Source: an uncultured Bacteroidales bacterium (GTDB lineage: Bacteria > Bacteroidota > Bacteroidia > Bacteroidales > WCHB1-69). Taken from it: a stretch of 32,000 nucleotides of DNA. Under the pieces are notes generated by a model, which searched no databases, had not been told where the DNA came from, and saw only the letters and a program-made list of their open reading frames with translations. Made by a program: the position numbers and the translations under genes. Position 1 is the first letter of the stretch. Each line of letters begins with the position of its first letter. Below, one piece after another: positions 23,859-32,000 of the stretch. The stretch covers positions 1-32,000 of the forward strand of contig CALGTS010000016.1 of the NCBI GenBank assembly GCA_937901925.1, read 5' to 3'.

Positions 23859-24478
23859 GATTCTATCTTAATTACGGGAGCCGCACCTTTAATTAAAAAC
23901 AATTTCCCAGAAGATAATGCACGGCAAACATAGCGTGTTCTTCGTTTTGATTGTATCTCAAAAATATCATCGGGGTGAGATTGAAGCACAAATTGATCTC
24001 CAAATGATAAATCCATCAGTAACAAGTTACTAACAACCTCCTTGTTATAGTTTTGTAGTGCACGCTCTAAATTCACAATATCAATAGAAGAGATTGGAAT
24101 TTTCCTACAATATTTCAGCACAAAGGGCCGCAACTTTTCAGGATAGATGTGCAAATATTGAAGTAGTAATTCTTGATGACACGCTTGCCACTCATGCCCG
24201 TGCGGTTTAACAGAAGATTTAAATTTTTGCCACGTCAGCAAGTGTGCTGCTTCGTGCAAAAAAACAGTCAGAAACATATATCGATTCAGATCTCCATTAA
24301 TCGAAATCTTCGGATTTAAGCATCGTGAATTAGGCGCACAAAAATCTCCAAACTTTGAATTTCTATGTGAAGTAATTTTAAACAGAACCTTATGATTAGA
24401 CAAAAAGGAGAGCACTTTTTCGACACTCTCCTCTGGTAAATAGCGTTTTAGAATTTCAATATTGTTTCCAGACCTCAT
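23855..24478 (-). CDS. SprT-like zinc metalloprotease-domain protein
   Basis: HExxH in 'FLHEAAHLLTW' and 'KPHGHEWQ'. The start is moved to the ATG at 24478 because 24485-24516 is the terminator of the upstream (minus-strand) gene. Confidence 0.65.
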   Translation of the reverse strand: MRSGNNIEILKRYLPEESVEKVLSFLSNHKVLFKITSHRNSKFGDFCAPNSRCLNPKISINGDLNRYMFLTVFLHEAAHLLTWQKFKSSVKPHGHEWQACHQELLLQYLHIYPEKLRPFVLKYCRKIPISSIDIVNLERALQNYNKEVVSNLLLMDLSFGDQFVLQSHPDDIFEIQSKRRTRYVCRALSSGKLFLIKGAAPVIKIES

Positions 24479-24484
24479 TTTTAG

Positions 24485-24516
24485 AAAATAAAAAGCGGTT
24501 GCCACAACAACCGCTT
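24485..24516 (-). terminator. Intrinsic terminator of the His/Cys-rich lipoprotein gene
   Basis: The minus strand reads AAGCGGTTG-ttgtgg-CAACCGCTT followed by TTTATTTT. Confidence 0.65.
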
Positions 24517-24541
24517 ATGTCATTTAGAAATTATCTATATA

Positions 24542-25123
24542 TTAGTGATTTCCACATCCTTCATGATTATGACCTTGGCAACCTTCGTGGTTATGTCCTT
24601 GGCAACCTTCATGTTTCTCACCTTGGCAACCTTCATGTTTTGGAGCGTGTTTCTTTTGGTGTTCTAAGACATTGTCAATTAATGCTTTTTGCTCTTCGAT
24701 AGCTAAATTTTCGAAGTTATTCCATTTCTCTTTCATTTCAGCATGTTTTTGAGCACAATCTTTCTCACCTTCACACTTATTTTGGCAACCTTCATGTTTC
24801 TCACCTTGGCAACCTTCATGTTTCTCACCTTGACAACCTTCATGCTTTTCACCTTCACATTTTGACATTTTTTCATCAAGAAAAGCTTTCATAGCTGCAA
24901 CAAGGTCAGCTTGTGCTTGAGCTTCAAGAGTTTCAAATTGTTTCCATTGCGCAAACATTGCTTTTTGTTCTTCTGTCAAACCACAGCATCCTTTACCTTC
25001 GTGATTGTGTTGACAATCTTCGTGAGTTGTTGCTGCTTCATCTACAGGAGCTTCAACTTGTTTGGTATTACAAGAAACAAAAAGGAGACAGAATGCCGCC
25101 ATTACTAAAAATAGTTTTTTCAT
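24542..25123 (-). CDS. His/Cys-rich repeat lipoprotein (putative metal-binding)
   Basis: Lipobox 'LLFVSC'. There are three metal-ligand-rich blocks, two of which contain (G)EKHEGCQ octapeptide repeats. The protein ends in 'GHNHEGCQGHNHEGCGNH'. Confidence 0.8.
   Translation of the reverse strand: MKKLFLVMAAFCLLFVSCNTKQVEAPVDEAATTHEDCQHNHEGKGCCGLTEEQKAMFAQWKQFETLEAQAQADLVAAMKAFLDEKMSKCEGEKHEGCQGEKHEGCQGEKHEGCQNKCEGEKDCAQKHAEMKEKWNNFENLAIEEQKALIDNVLEHQKKHAPKHEGCQGEKHEGCQGHNHEGCQGHNHEGCGNH
24551..24646 (-). repeat. 24-bp coding tandem repeat, array 1 (4 units)
   Basis: Units at 24551-24574, 24575-24598, 24599-24622 and 24623-24646 (ttggcaaccttc[a/g]tg...). Confidence 0.9.
24782..24853 (-). repeat. 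24-bp coding tandem repeat, array 2 (3 units)
   Basis: Units at 24782-24805 and 24806-24829 are identical. The unit at 24830-24853 differs at a few positions. Confidence 0.9.
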
Positions 25124-25278
25124 ACTTTTAAGATTTTATTTGGTTAATAATAATTGTTTCGTGGTGCAAAAATATGAATAAAAAACGAGAGATTTGAATA
25201 AAAGTTTCGTTTGCAGAGAAAATTAATCTTTTTTAAGAAAAAAAAACTCCAAAAAGATGACAGATATAATAAAATTTG

Positions 25279-25286
25279 TATCTTTG
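25279..25286 (+). promoter_or_regulatory. -7 promoter box (TAtcTTTG) upstream of pyrB
   Basis: Exact TAnnTTTG match about 60 nt upstream of the pyrB start. Confidence 0.4.
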
Positions 25287-25345
25287 CAGAATGAAATTGA
25301 GATAATTCAACACATTAATATTTACCCAAAACAAAGGAGGTTAAC

Positions 25346-26269
25346 TTGCTAAAAGGAAGACACTTAATAGACCCTTCGGATTTTACCCGCGAAGAGTTTC
25401 GCGAAATTTTTGATTTGGCACATGATATCATCAAAGATCCGGAAAAATATAGTAAGAGTTGTGAGGGAAAAATCCTAGCAACTCTTTTTTATGAACCCAG
25501 CACACGTACACGCTTCAGTTTTGAAGCAGCAATGTTACGTTTAGGCGGAAAAGTTATCGGTTTTTCTGAGCCGAACTCTAGCTCTACTGCTAAAGGAGAA
25601 AGCATTGCTGATACATTACGTACCATTGAGTGTTATGCTGATATTGCTGCGATACGTCACCCCAAAGAGGGCGCACCTCGAATGGCAAGTCGATACATCC
25701 AAATGCCTTTAATCAACGCTGGCGATGGTGGACACCAGCACCCAACACAAACGCTCACCGATATTCTAACCATTGAAAGACTCCGTGGCAACGTAGAGAA
25801 CAAAACTTATGGTTTCTGCGGTGACTTGAAGTTTGGCCGTACCGTTCACTCTTTAGTTAAATTCCTCAGCAACTACGAAGGCGTTAAATTCATTTTTATC
25901 TCCCCAGAAGAGTTGCGCGTTCCAGAATATATCCGCGAAGAGATTGTTAAAAAGAAAGGTATTCCTTTCCAAGAAGTTGACAAAATGGAACCTTATATGG
26001 GCGAGTTGGACTTCTTGTATATGACTCGCGTTCAACGTGAACGTTTCTTCAATGAAGAGGATTACATCCGCTTAAAAGACCGATTCATCTTGGATATGGA
26101 AAAGATGTCGTATGCCCGCCCCGACACATACGTACTTCACCCACTTCCTCGCGTGAACGAAATCAGCCCCGAAGTTGACAGCGATCCACGTGCGCAATAC
26201 TTCAATCAAGCCAAAAATGGAATGTACGTTCGTATGGCATTAATCTGCAAACTTTTAGGAATCTATTAA
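25346..26269 (+). CDS. pyrB: Aspartate carbamoyltransferase catalytic subunit
   Basis: '[13 protein letters not shown]', 'HPTQ' and 'HPLPR' signature motifs. TTG start as in the ORF track (start uncertain). Confidence 0.95.
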   Translation: MLKGRHLIDPSDFTREEFREIFDLAHDIIKDPEKYSKSCEGKILATLFYEPSTRTRFSFEAAMLRLGGKVIGFSEPNSSSTAKGESIADTLRTIECYADIAAIRHPKEGAPRMASRYIQMPLINAGDGGHQHPTQTLTDILTIERLRGNVENKTYGFCGDLKFGRTVHSLVKFLSNYEGVKFIFISPEELRVPEYIREEIVKKKGIPFQEVDKMEPYMGELDFLYMTRVQRERFFNEEDYIRLKDRFILDMEKMSYARPDTYVLHPLPRVNEISPEVDSDPRAQYFNQAKNGMYVRMALICKLLGIY

Positions 26270-26280
26270 AATCAGAAAAT

Positions 26281-26718
26281 ATGTTAAACATTACCAGTAT
26301 AGAAAAAGGCGTTGTAATTGACCACATTAAAGCCGGTTATGGTATCACCGTTTTTAACTACTTAAACCTTGACAAGGCAGAATATAATGTAGCTTTAATT
26401 ATGAATGCCTATAGTCAAAAAATGGGCAAGAAAGATATCATCAAAATTAACAATGTTATTGATATCAATTACGACTTTTTAGGATTGATTGACCCAAATG
26501 CAACTGTCAACATCATTGAAAACGGCAAAACCGTAAAAAAAGTAAAATTAGAAGTTCCTGAAACGGTAACCAATATCATCCGCTGCAAAAATCCTCGCTG
26601 CGTATCCTCTATTGAAAACTATTTCGATCACGTTTTTCACCTAGTCAATAAAGAAAAACGCTCGTACCGCTGCGAATTCTGCGATGATATTGTGGTTCCT
26701 TATTCTCAAGATTTGTAA
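26281..26718 (+). CDS. pyrI: Aspartate carbamoyltransferase regulatory subunit
   Basis: 'IEKGVVIDHI' at the N-terminus, a C-terminal zinc site 'CKNPRC...CEFC', and a position directly after pyrB. Confidence 0.9.
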   Translation: MLNITSIEKGVVIDHIKAGYGITVFNYLNLDKAEYNVALIMNAYSQKMGKKDIIKINNVIDINYDFLGLIDPNATVNIIENGKTVKKVKLEVPETVTNIIRCKNPRCVSSIENYFDHVFHLVNKEKRSYRCEFCDDIVVPYSQDL

Positions 26719-26907
26719 AAGTAAATCTTTACAAAAAAAAAATTCTAACATACACAATTAGATTTTTGTCTAATTGAAAATGATTTCAGAAAATGATTAT
26801 TGGGAGAAATAAAATCCTGATAATCATTTTTTTATACAAACTGAATATTAACAAATTAATGTTCATTCTAAACAGAAATATCTTTAATATATATGCTCTT
26901 TTTAATG

Positions 26908-26915
26908 TACTTTTG
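26908..26915 (+). promoter_or_regulatory. -7 promoter box (TActTTTG) upstream of ftsQ
   Basis: Exact TAnnTTTG match 27 nt upstream of the ATG at 26942. Confidence 0.35.
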
Positions 26916-26941
26916 TGCAACCTAAAAAAACTTTATTTTAG

Positions 26942-27685
26942 ATGAAATTTGTCAAACCTTTGCTTAGGATTTTGTTGGTTATTGTTGTGGTTGTCGGAGT
27001 GGTTTTTGCCATTACCCAACGCGCACACCAAACCTGCAATGAGATTGACATTGAAATTGCATACGAAGGCGAAAATTTACCCGTTACAGAGGCTGAAATT
27101 GCAGAAACAATCCAGAAAGCAGATGTTGCTTTAGGAAAACAAGTAAAAGAGATTGACCTAAAAGCGGTACACAATGCTATTGCGAACAACGCTTTAATTA
27201 GAAGCATCGACCACATCGGATTTAGAGGCAGCAACCTAGTTGTAAAATTAACCCTTGAAGAGATACTAATGCAAGTCTTCTGCGCCAATGAGCAGCATTA
27301 CTTCATCACCACAAATGGGAAAGTATTACCTTACACAGAACGCATCAAAGAGCGGTTAATTATTGTGAATGGAGAATCATTACCTACACAAAAAAAAGCT
27401 TCTATTCAAAAAGGCACTATGCAAAGCATCTTTGCAATGGCAAAATATATTACACAAACTTCTGATAGAGAAGCACAATATCGTCAAATTCATCTCAATA
27501 GTAAGAAACAGATTGAGTTGGTGCCTACTATCGGAAACTATACGATATTGTTTGGGGATACCTCTCGTATGGAAGAAAAATTTGCGGCATTAGACCACTT
27601 CTTCCAACAAGTAACAACAACAGACCGAGGTGACGAATACAAACATTTAGATGTAAGATTTAAGAATAAAATCATTGCAAGTTAA
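26942..27685 (+). CDS. ftsQ: Cell division protein FtsQ
   Basis: Single N-terminal TM helix 'ILLVIVVVVGVVFAI', a POTRA-like region, and a position immediately upstream of ftsA-ftsZ. Confidence 0.8.
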   Translation: MKFVKPLLRILLVIVVVVGVVFAITQRAHQTCNEIDIEIAYEGENLPVTEAEIAETIQKADVALGKQVKEIDLKAVHNAIANNALIRSIDHIGFRGSNLVVKLTLEEILMQVFCANEQHYFITTNGKVLPYTERIKERLIIVNGESLPTQKKASIQKGTMQSIFAMAKYITQTSDREAQYRQIHLNSKKQIELVPTIGNYTILFGDTSRMEEKFAALDHFFQQVTTTDRGDEYKHLDVRFKNKIIAS

Positions 27686-27695
27686 TCAAACAGTT

Positions 27696-29030
27696 ATGGC
27701 AAAAAAGAGAGTTGAAATAGAGGAACTAGATGAAGATTACCAAGTAATCGTTGGGTTGGATATAGGCACAACCAAAATTGCTACCATCATCGGGCACAAA
27801 ACCCCAGATGGCAGGTTGGAAATTATTGGATACGGGAAAGGAGATTCTAGCGGTATTGAAGTGGGCACTATCCAAAATCTAACTAAAACCACTCAAGGAA
27901 TTAACATTTCTAAAAATTATGCTATAGATAAAGCTGGATTAACCAATATCGACAAAGCTATTGTAGGCGTTGCTGCACGTCACATCAAAAGCATTGAACG
28001 AAGATATGAAATTATCCGTCCCAATGGGAATGAGATTATTGAACAAAGAGAAATTGACGAAATGTGTCAACGTCTTCTCGAAACCACAGGAGAACCTGGA
28101 CAGAAAGTTCTTACTGTAATTCCTCAAGATTTTATCGTTGATAAAAAAGACCGCACTACGGACCCTGTAGGTTGCATCGGAGAAAGCCTTGAAGGTAATT
28201 TCCAGATTATTTATGGAGATGAAAGAGAGGTAAACAAAATTATTCGTTGTGTAAAAGATGCTCAAATTGAAACAGAAACTATTATACTAGAACCTATAGC
28301 CTCAGGGCTTTCATGCTTAAACCAAACACAAAAAGAGGAAGGAGTGCTTCTTCTTGATATTGGTGGAGGTACTAGTGATATGGTTATTTTTTATGAAGGA
28401 AACCCCGTATTTACCAAAGTAATTCCTATAGGCGGAAAAACTATCACCCGCGATATTGCAACCACTTGCAATATTTCTTACGAAATGGCAGAAACCCTCA
28501 AAACACAATGTGGTACTTGCATTGTAGAAAAAAGTAATAAAGACCACCATATCAACTTCCCAGTAAGTGGGGGCGATAGCCGACAAATTAGCGAACCTTA
28601 TTTAGCTGAAATCATTTTCTGCCGTATTAATCAAATGTTGCAATTTGTACAACAAACTTTGCAAAAATCAAAATATGCCAACATTGTAAAAAGTGTTGTC
28701 ATCACAGGCGGAGGTGCTCAACTAAAACATTTAGAAGAACTTTGCAGATATGTTTTTGGGAAACCCACTTCTGTTGGATATCCAGATGTTGGATTTGGCA
28801 AAAATTTTCCTTCTGAACTAAGAAATCCAATCTATGCAACAGGAATAGGTCTTCTAAAATATGGCTTCGAAAATCTTTATACTGATGACTTAGAAGAGGA
28901 AGAACCTGAAGAAAATGGAGATAGATTTAAGGAAAAAGTTAAAAGCATCTTTGGAAAACATCCCAAAGGAAATAAAAAAGTTTCTGCACAGAAATGGTGG
29001 GAAAATTTTCTTGGTGATACCACGGCCTAA
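27696..29030 (+). CDS. ftsA: Cell division protein FtsA
   Basis: Actin-fold motifs 'VGLDIGTTKI', 'LLLDIGGGTSD' and 'VVITGGGAQL'. The ATG at 27696 is preferred over the TTG at 27675. Confidence 0.9.
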   Translation: MAKKRVEIEELDEDYQVIVGLDIGTTKIATIIGHKTPDGRLEIIGYGKGDSSGIEVGTIQNLTKTTQGINISKNYAIDKAGLTNIDKAIVGVAARHIKSIERRYEIIRPNGNEIIEQREIDEMCQRLLETTGEPGQKVLTVIPQDFIVDKKDRTTDPVGCIGESLEGNFQIIYGDEREVNKIIRCVKDAQIETETIILEPIASGLSCLNQTQKEEGVLLLDIGGGTSDMVIFYEGNPVFTKVIPIGGKTITRDIATTCNISYEMAETLKTQCGTCIVEKSNKDHHINFPVSGGDSRQISEPYLAEIIFCRINQMLQFVQQTLQKSKYANIVKSVVITGGGAQLKHLEELCRYVFGKPTSVGYPDVGFGKNFPSELRNPIYATGIGLLKYGFENLYTDDLEEEEPEENGDRFKEKVKSIFGKHPKGNKKVSAQKWWENFLGDTTA

Positions 29031-29090
29031 GAAATAATTATCAAGTACATAAATAAGAAATAGAGTTAAAATTAAATATAAAGCACAATT

Positions 29091-30551
29091 ATGAGAGAAC
29101 AAACCAACTTCAGTCCAAATTATGGTACACAAACAGAAATCTGCAGCATTAAAGTTATTGGCGTTGGCGGTGCGGGCGGAAATGCTGTAAAATCGATGTA
29201 CACTGAAGGAATTGTTGGTGTAGATTTTTTAATCTGCAACACAGACAAAAAAGCATTGGACTCCAATCCTGTTCCTAACAAATTAGTATTGGGTAAAACG
29301 GGCTTGGGCGCTGGCGCAAAACCTGAAGTTGCGTGTCAATATGCAGAAGAGAGTATTGATGAGATTAAGAAATTGATTGGTGACGACACGAAAATGTTGT
29401 TTATCACTGCGGGAATGGGGAAAGGTACAGGTACCGGAGCAACTCCAGTTATTGCAAAAGTTGCTAAAGAGATGGGCATTCTCACCGTTGGAGTGGTTAC
29501 ATCACCTTACACTTGGGAAGGTAGAAAAATGTTAGAACGCGCAGAAAACGGAATTGCAGAACTCAAGAAATATGTTGACTCTATTATCGTGGTGAACAAC
29601 CAAAACATCTTGAAATTCTATCCTGATGATGATATTCCTACAGCTTATCTCCGCGTTGATAATGTTCTTAAAACTGCTGTAAAATGTATTGCAGAACTTA
29701 TCACCGTTAATTTGGAACAAAATATCGACTTTAACGATATTAAAACAATTCTTCAAGGCAGTGGTGCCGCAATGATGGGAATCGGAGAATCTAACTCCGA
29801 AAATCGTATGGAAGAGGTATTTACCGAAGCATTCGACTGCCCATTATTGGCTCAAGACAAAGTGGCTAATGCACGCAAATTCTTGTTCTGCATCAGTTAT
29901 GGTCCTGATAGACCTGCAAAAATGAGCGAACTTGGCGATCTTACTAGTAGATTTGATGAATTACTTAGCAAAGATGTTGACCTTATTTGGGGTAGAACCG
30001 AAGATCCTGCTTTAGGCGATAAAGTAAAACTATCCGTTATTATTACCGATTACGAAGCAAATACAGAGCAGATTAAAACTACCGACATTACTGCTACACA
30101 AAATCAAGAGGTAGTTGAAAATATCGCTCCAAAAATTAACGCCAATATCATCATCAATAATGGACCTATTGCTGGCGTAGAGGTTATTGATAGAGAAGTT
30201 GAAATAGAAGTAGAACAACCCGTAATGGAAACTTCTACTACTGAAGAGGAGCAACCTACAGACGTTTACCAGCCAGAACCTGCCGATGAAACAGAGGTTG
30301 CTACATTCGAACCTCAAGATGTACAACCTATCGAAGCACCTCTTCAAACAGATGACCTCGATGCCCTTTTTGATAACGATGATGATTTTACAACACTACT
30401 CACAACTCCTGCTATCTCAAATACAAGAGCAAATACAATGACACAAAATTCACACGTAATAACCTGCGAACCTAAAGATATTTACCAAATTTCTATGTCA
30501 AGTTCTACAGATGATAGCAGTATGCTATTTGGTAGTTCTTTAGCAGACTAA
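29091..30551 (+). CDS. ftsZ: Cell division protein FtsZ
   Basis: 'IKVIGVGGAGGNAV' and the tubulin signature 'AGMGKGTGTGATPV', followed by a long acidic C-terminal linker. Confidence 0.95.
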   Translation: MREQTNFSPNYGTQTEICSIKVIGVGGAGGNAVKSMYTEGIVGVDFLICNTDKKALDSNPVPNKLVLGKTGLGAGAKPEVACQYAEESIDEIKKLIGDDTKMLFITAGMGKGTGTGATPVIAKVAKEMGILTVGVVTSPYTWEGRKMLERAENGIAELKKYVDSIIVVNNQNILKFYPDDDIPTAYLRVDNVLKTAVKCIAELITVNLEQNIDFNDIKTILQGSGAAMMGIGESNSENRMEEVFTEAFDCPLLAQDKVANARKFLFCISYGPDRPAKMSELGDLTSRFDELLSKDVDLIWGRTEDPALGDKVKLSVIITDYEANTEQIKTTDITATQNQEVVENIAPKINANIIINNGPIAGVEVIDREVEIEVEQPVMETSTTEEEQPTDVYQPEPADETEVATFEPQDVQPIEAPLQTDDLDALFDNDDDFTTLLTTPAISNTRANTMTQNSHVITCEPKDIYQISMSSSTDDSSMLFGSSLAD

Positions 30552-30571
30552 TCAAACAGGAGGTGTAGTTT

Positions 30572-31123
30572 GTGTCCTCAAAAAAGGAAAAATTAAAATC
30601 TCTATATAACTATCTCCTCAAGGAAGGTTTTGAAAACTCCATTGAGGAGATAGCTTTACAAATTGGCGTGGTTCCAGCAACCCTTTACAATCGCTACCAA
30701 TCGAGAAAAGGAATTGAAACTGCCGCTATCCAATATTGGTTGGAAGAGATATCCCAAAAATGCGTAGAAAAACATCCTTATACCAATAACTCTATTGAAA
30801 ACCTACTTCTTTTTATTCACGAACTCAACCTACGTAAAAACGAAGCTGAACATTTTTACCAAAAAGCTATTGAAAACAACGAAATTTACGCCATAAAAGA
30901 GACGATTTTTCCCATTATAGAAGCAGGAATTGAAACAAAACATTTTAAAGAAGAAGGCAGCAGCGACGAATATCTAAACTATTTTATTTACACACTTACA
31001 AAGAGTATTTTAGTAAGTAAAAAGATAGAAAGTCGCTTCTTTTATTACCTCATCGCTCCCATATTAACCGAAATAGGAATTAAAGCGATAGAAGAGATTG
31101 ATTTAGTCGCATTTTTTAAATAG
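30572..31123 (+). CDS. TetR/AcrR-like transcriptional regulator (weak)
   Basis: The N-terminal 'SIEEIALQIGVVPATLYNRYQSRKGI' resembles the TetR HTH. GTG start. Confidence 0.5.
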   Translation: MSSKKEKLKSLYNYLLKEGFENSIEEIALQIGVVPATLYNRYQSRKGIETAAIQYWLEEISQKCVEKHPYTNNSIENLLLFIHELNLRKNEAEHFYQKAIENNEIYAIKETIFPIIEAGIETKHFKEEGSSDEYLNYFIYTLTKSILVSKKIESRFFYYLIAPILTEIGIKAIEEIDLVAFFK

Positions 31124-31129
31124 GAAAAG

Positions 31130-32000
31130 ATGTCTCTTATTGAGCAATACCAACAATATATATATATAGAAAAATCACTTTCGGCAAACACCATTGAAGC
31201 TTATATTAGTGATATTCAACAATTTACAAACTTTTTGCTTCCTGGTATTGAAGATAAAAATCTGATCGACAAAGAGTTATTAGAAGTAAAATTTCAAACA
31301 ATACAAGCCTACATAAACTTTCTATATTCTGCAGGAATTCAGGCGCGCTCGCAAGCCCGAGAAATATCGGCATTGCGCTCATTCTATAGATATTTAGTAT
31401 ATGAAAAATTGATAATCGAAGACCCTACTCAATTAATTGAATTACCCAAAATCAGCAAAAAACTCCCTGAAGTACTGAGTGTTACAGAAATTGAAAAGAT
31501 GATAGCTCAGGTTGATTTATCGAAAGCAGAAGGCGAGCGCAACAAAGCAATCGTAGAGATTATGTATGGCTGTGGTTTACGTGTAAGCGAAGTAATAGGA
31601 CTAAAAATTTCGCAACTACATTTTGAAGAAAACTATATAAGAGTAATTGGTAAAGGAAACAAGGAACGCTTAATTCCTATTGGTCAAACAGCGATAGATG
31701 CGGTAATGGCGTACCTTGAAGGTAGCCGAACGAAAGTAAAAATCAAGAAAGGAATGGAGGGAATACTATTTCTGAATCGAAGAGGAAGCGCACTTACACG
31801 AGAAATGATATTCATCATTATCAAACAATTAGCACTTTTAGCAGGAATTGAAAAAAATATTAGTCCACACACCTTGCGCCACTCCTTTGCCACACACCTT
31901 ATTGAGGGCGGAGCAGACCTGCGCGCAGTGCAAGATATGCTAGGACACGAAAGCATCACAACCACAGAGATTTACACACATTTAGACCATGATTATCTGC
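31130..32000 (+). CDS. xerD: Tyrosine recombinase XerD (3' end beyond the window)
   Basis: 'LSANTIEAYISDIQQF' at the N-terminus, 'RNKAIVEIMYGCGLRVSE', and 'HTLRHSFATHLIEGGADLRAVQDMLGHESITTTEIYTHL'. The frame is open to the window edge. Confidence 0.85.
   Translation, partial: MSLIEQYQQYIYIEKSLSANTIEAYISDIQQFTNFLLPGIEDKNLIDKELLEVKFQTIQAYINFLYSAGIQARSQAREISALRSFYRYLVYEKLIIEDPTQLIELPKISKKLPEVLSVTEIEKMIAQVDLSKAEGERNKAIVEIMYGCGLRVSEVIGLKISQLHFEENYIRVIGKGNKERLIPIGQTAIDAVMAYLEGSRTKVKIKKGMEGILFLNRRGSALTREMIFIIIKQLALLAGIEKNISPHTLRHSFATHLIEGGADLRAVQDMLGHESITTTEIYTHLDHDYL

Noticed and set aside
24551-24853. Possible CRISPR or minisatellite (24-bp repeats in two blocks).
   Set aside because: These are coding octapeptide repeats of the His/Cys-rich lipoprotein on the minus strand. 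There are no unique spacers.
29091-30551. Unusually long acidic C-terminal extension of FtsZ.
   Set aside because: Variable disordered linkers of this kind are a normal feature of FtsZ, including in Bacteroidota, and this one is not evidence of fusion or novelty.
31684-31965. ORF 31684-31965 (-), 93 aa.
   Set aside because: It is antisense to the catalytic domain of xerD, whose motifs are unambiguous on the + strand.
1-32000. tRNA, rRNA, tmRNA or RNase P genes in the intergenic regions.
   Set aside because: No cloverleaf-compatible or signature sequences were seen in any intergenic gap. The only convincing non-coding structures are the two RNA copies and the hairpin modules.

Overview
This is a Bacteroidota-type chromosome segment. 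It has many exact TAnnTTTG -7 promoter boxes, T9SS-CTD-like and FISUMP domains, and pyrBI, ftsQAZ and xerD. Every gene from 108 to 23858 is on the + strand. The right third (about 21.3-32 kb) is ordinary AT-rich core: a GH97 glycosidase, ybaK, a SprT-like protease, a His/Cys-repeat lipoprotein, pyrB-pyrI, ftsQ-ftsA-ftsZ, a TetR-like gene and a 3'-partial xerD. The left two thirds are an accessory region whose base composition is mosaic (judged by eye, not computed). (1) It opens with an operon of two PD-(D/E)xK-motif proteins tightly coupled to a WYL-domain regulator. (2) There are two paralogous modules, each a WYL regulator followed by a ~185-nt structured RNA ending in an intrinsic terminator (3921-4106 and 13778-13961). 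I cannot assign this RNA to any family, and its helices show compensatory changes between the copies. (3) A REP-associated tyrosine transposase has inserted into module A and carries its own REP hairpin in-frame. (4) A 1289-aa surface protein has an N-terminal T9SS-CTD-like domain and two lectin-like FISUMP domains. (5) Low-GC nuclease cassettes (a GIY-YIG protein; a PD-(D/E)xK protein plus an unknown) are delimited by repeated leader and tail/hairpin/promoter modules. (6) Downstream of RNA copy B and an XRE gene lies an 8-gene operon in which every product has a signal peptide and none has a known function. The most interesting candidates are the duplicated structured RNA (a possible attenuator or switch), the WYL-associated nuclease cassettes (a possible defence island) and the all-exported operon. 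No rRNA, tRNA or CRISPR array was seen. All functional calls come from motif recognition by eye, because no searches could be run.
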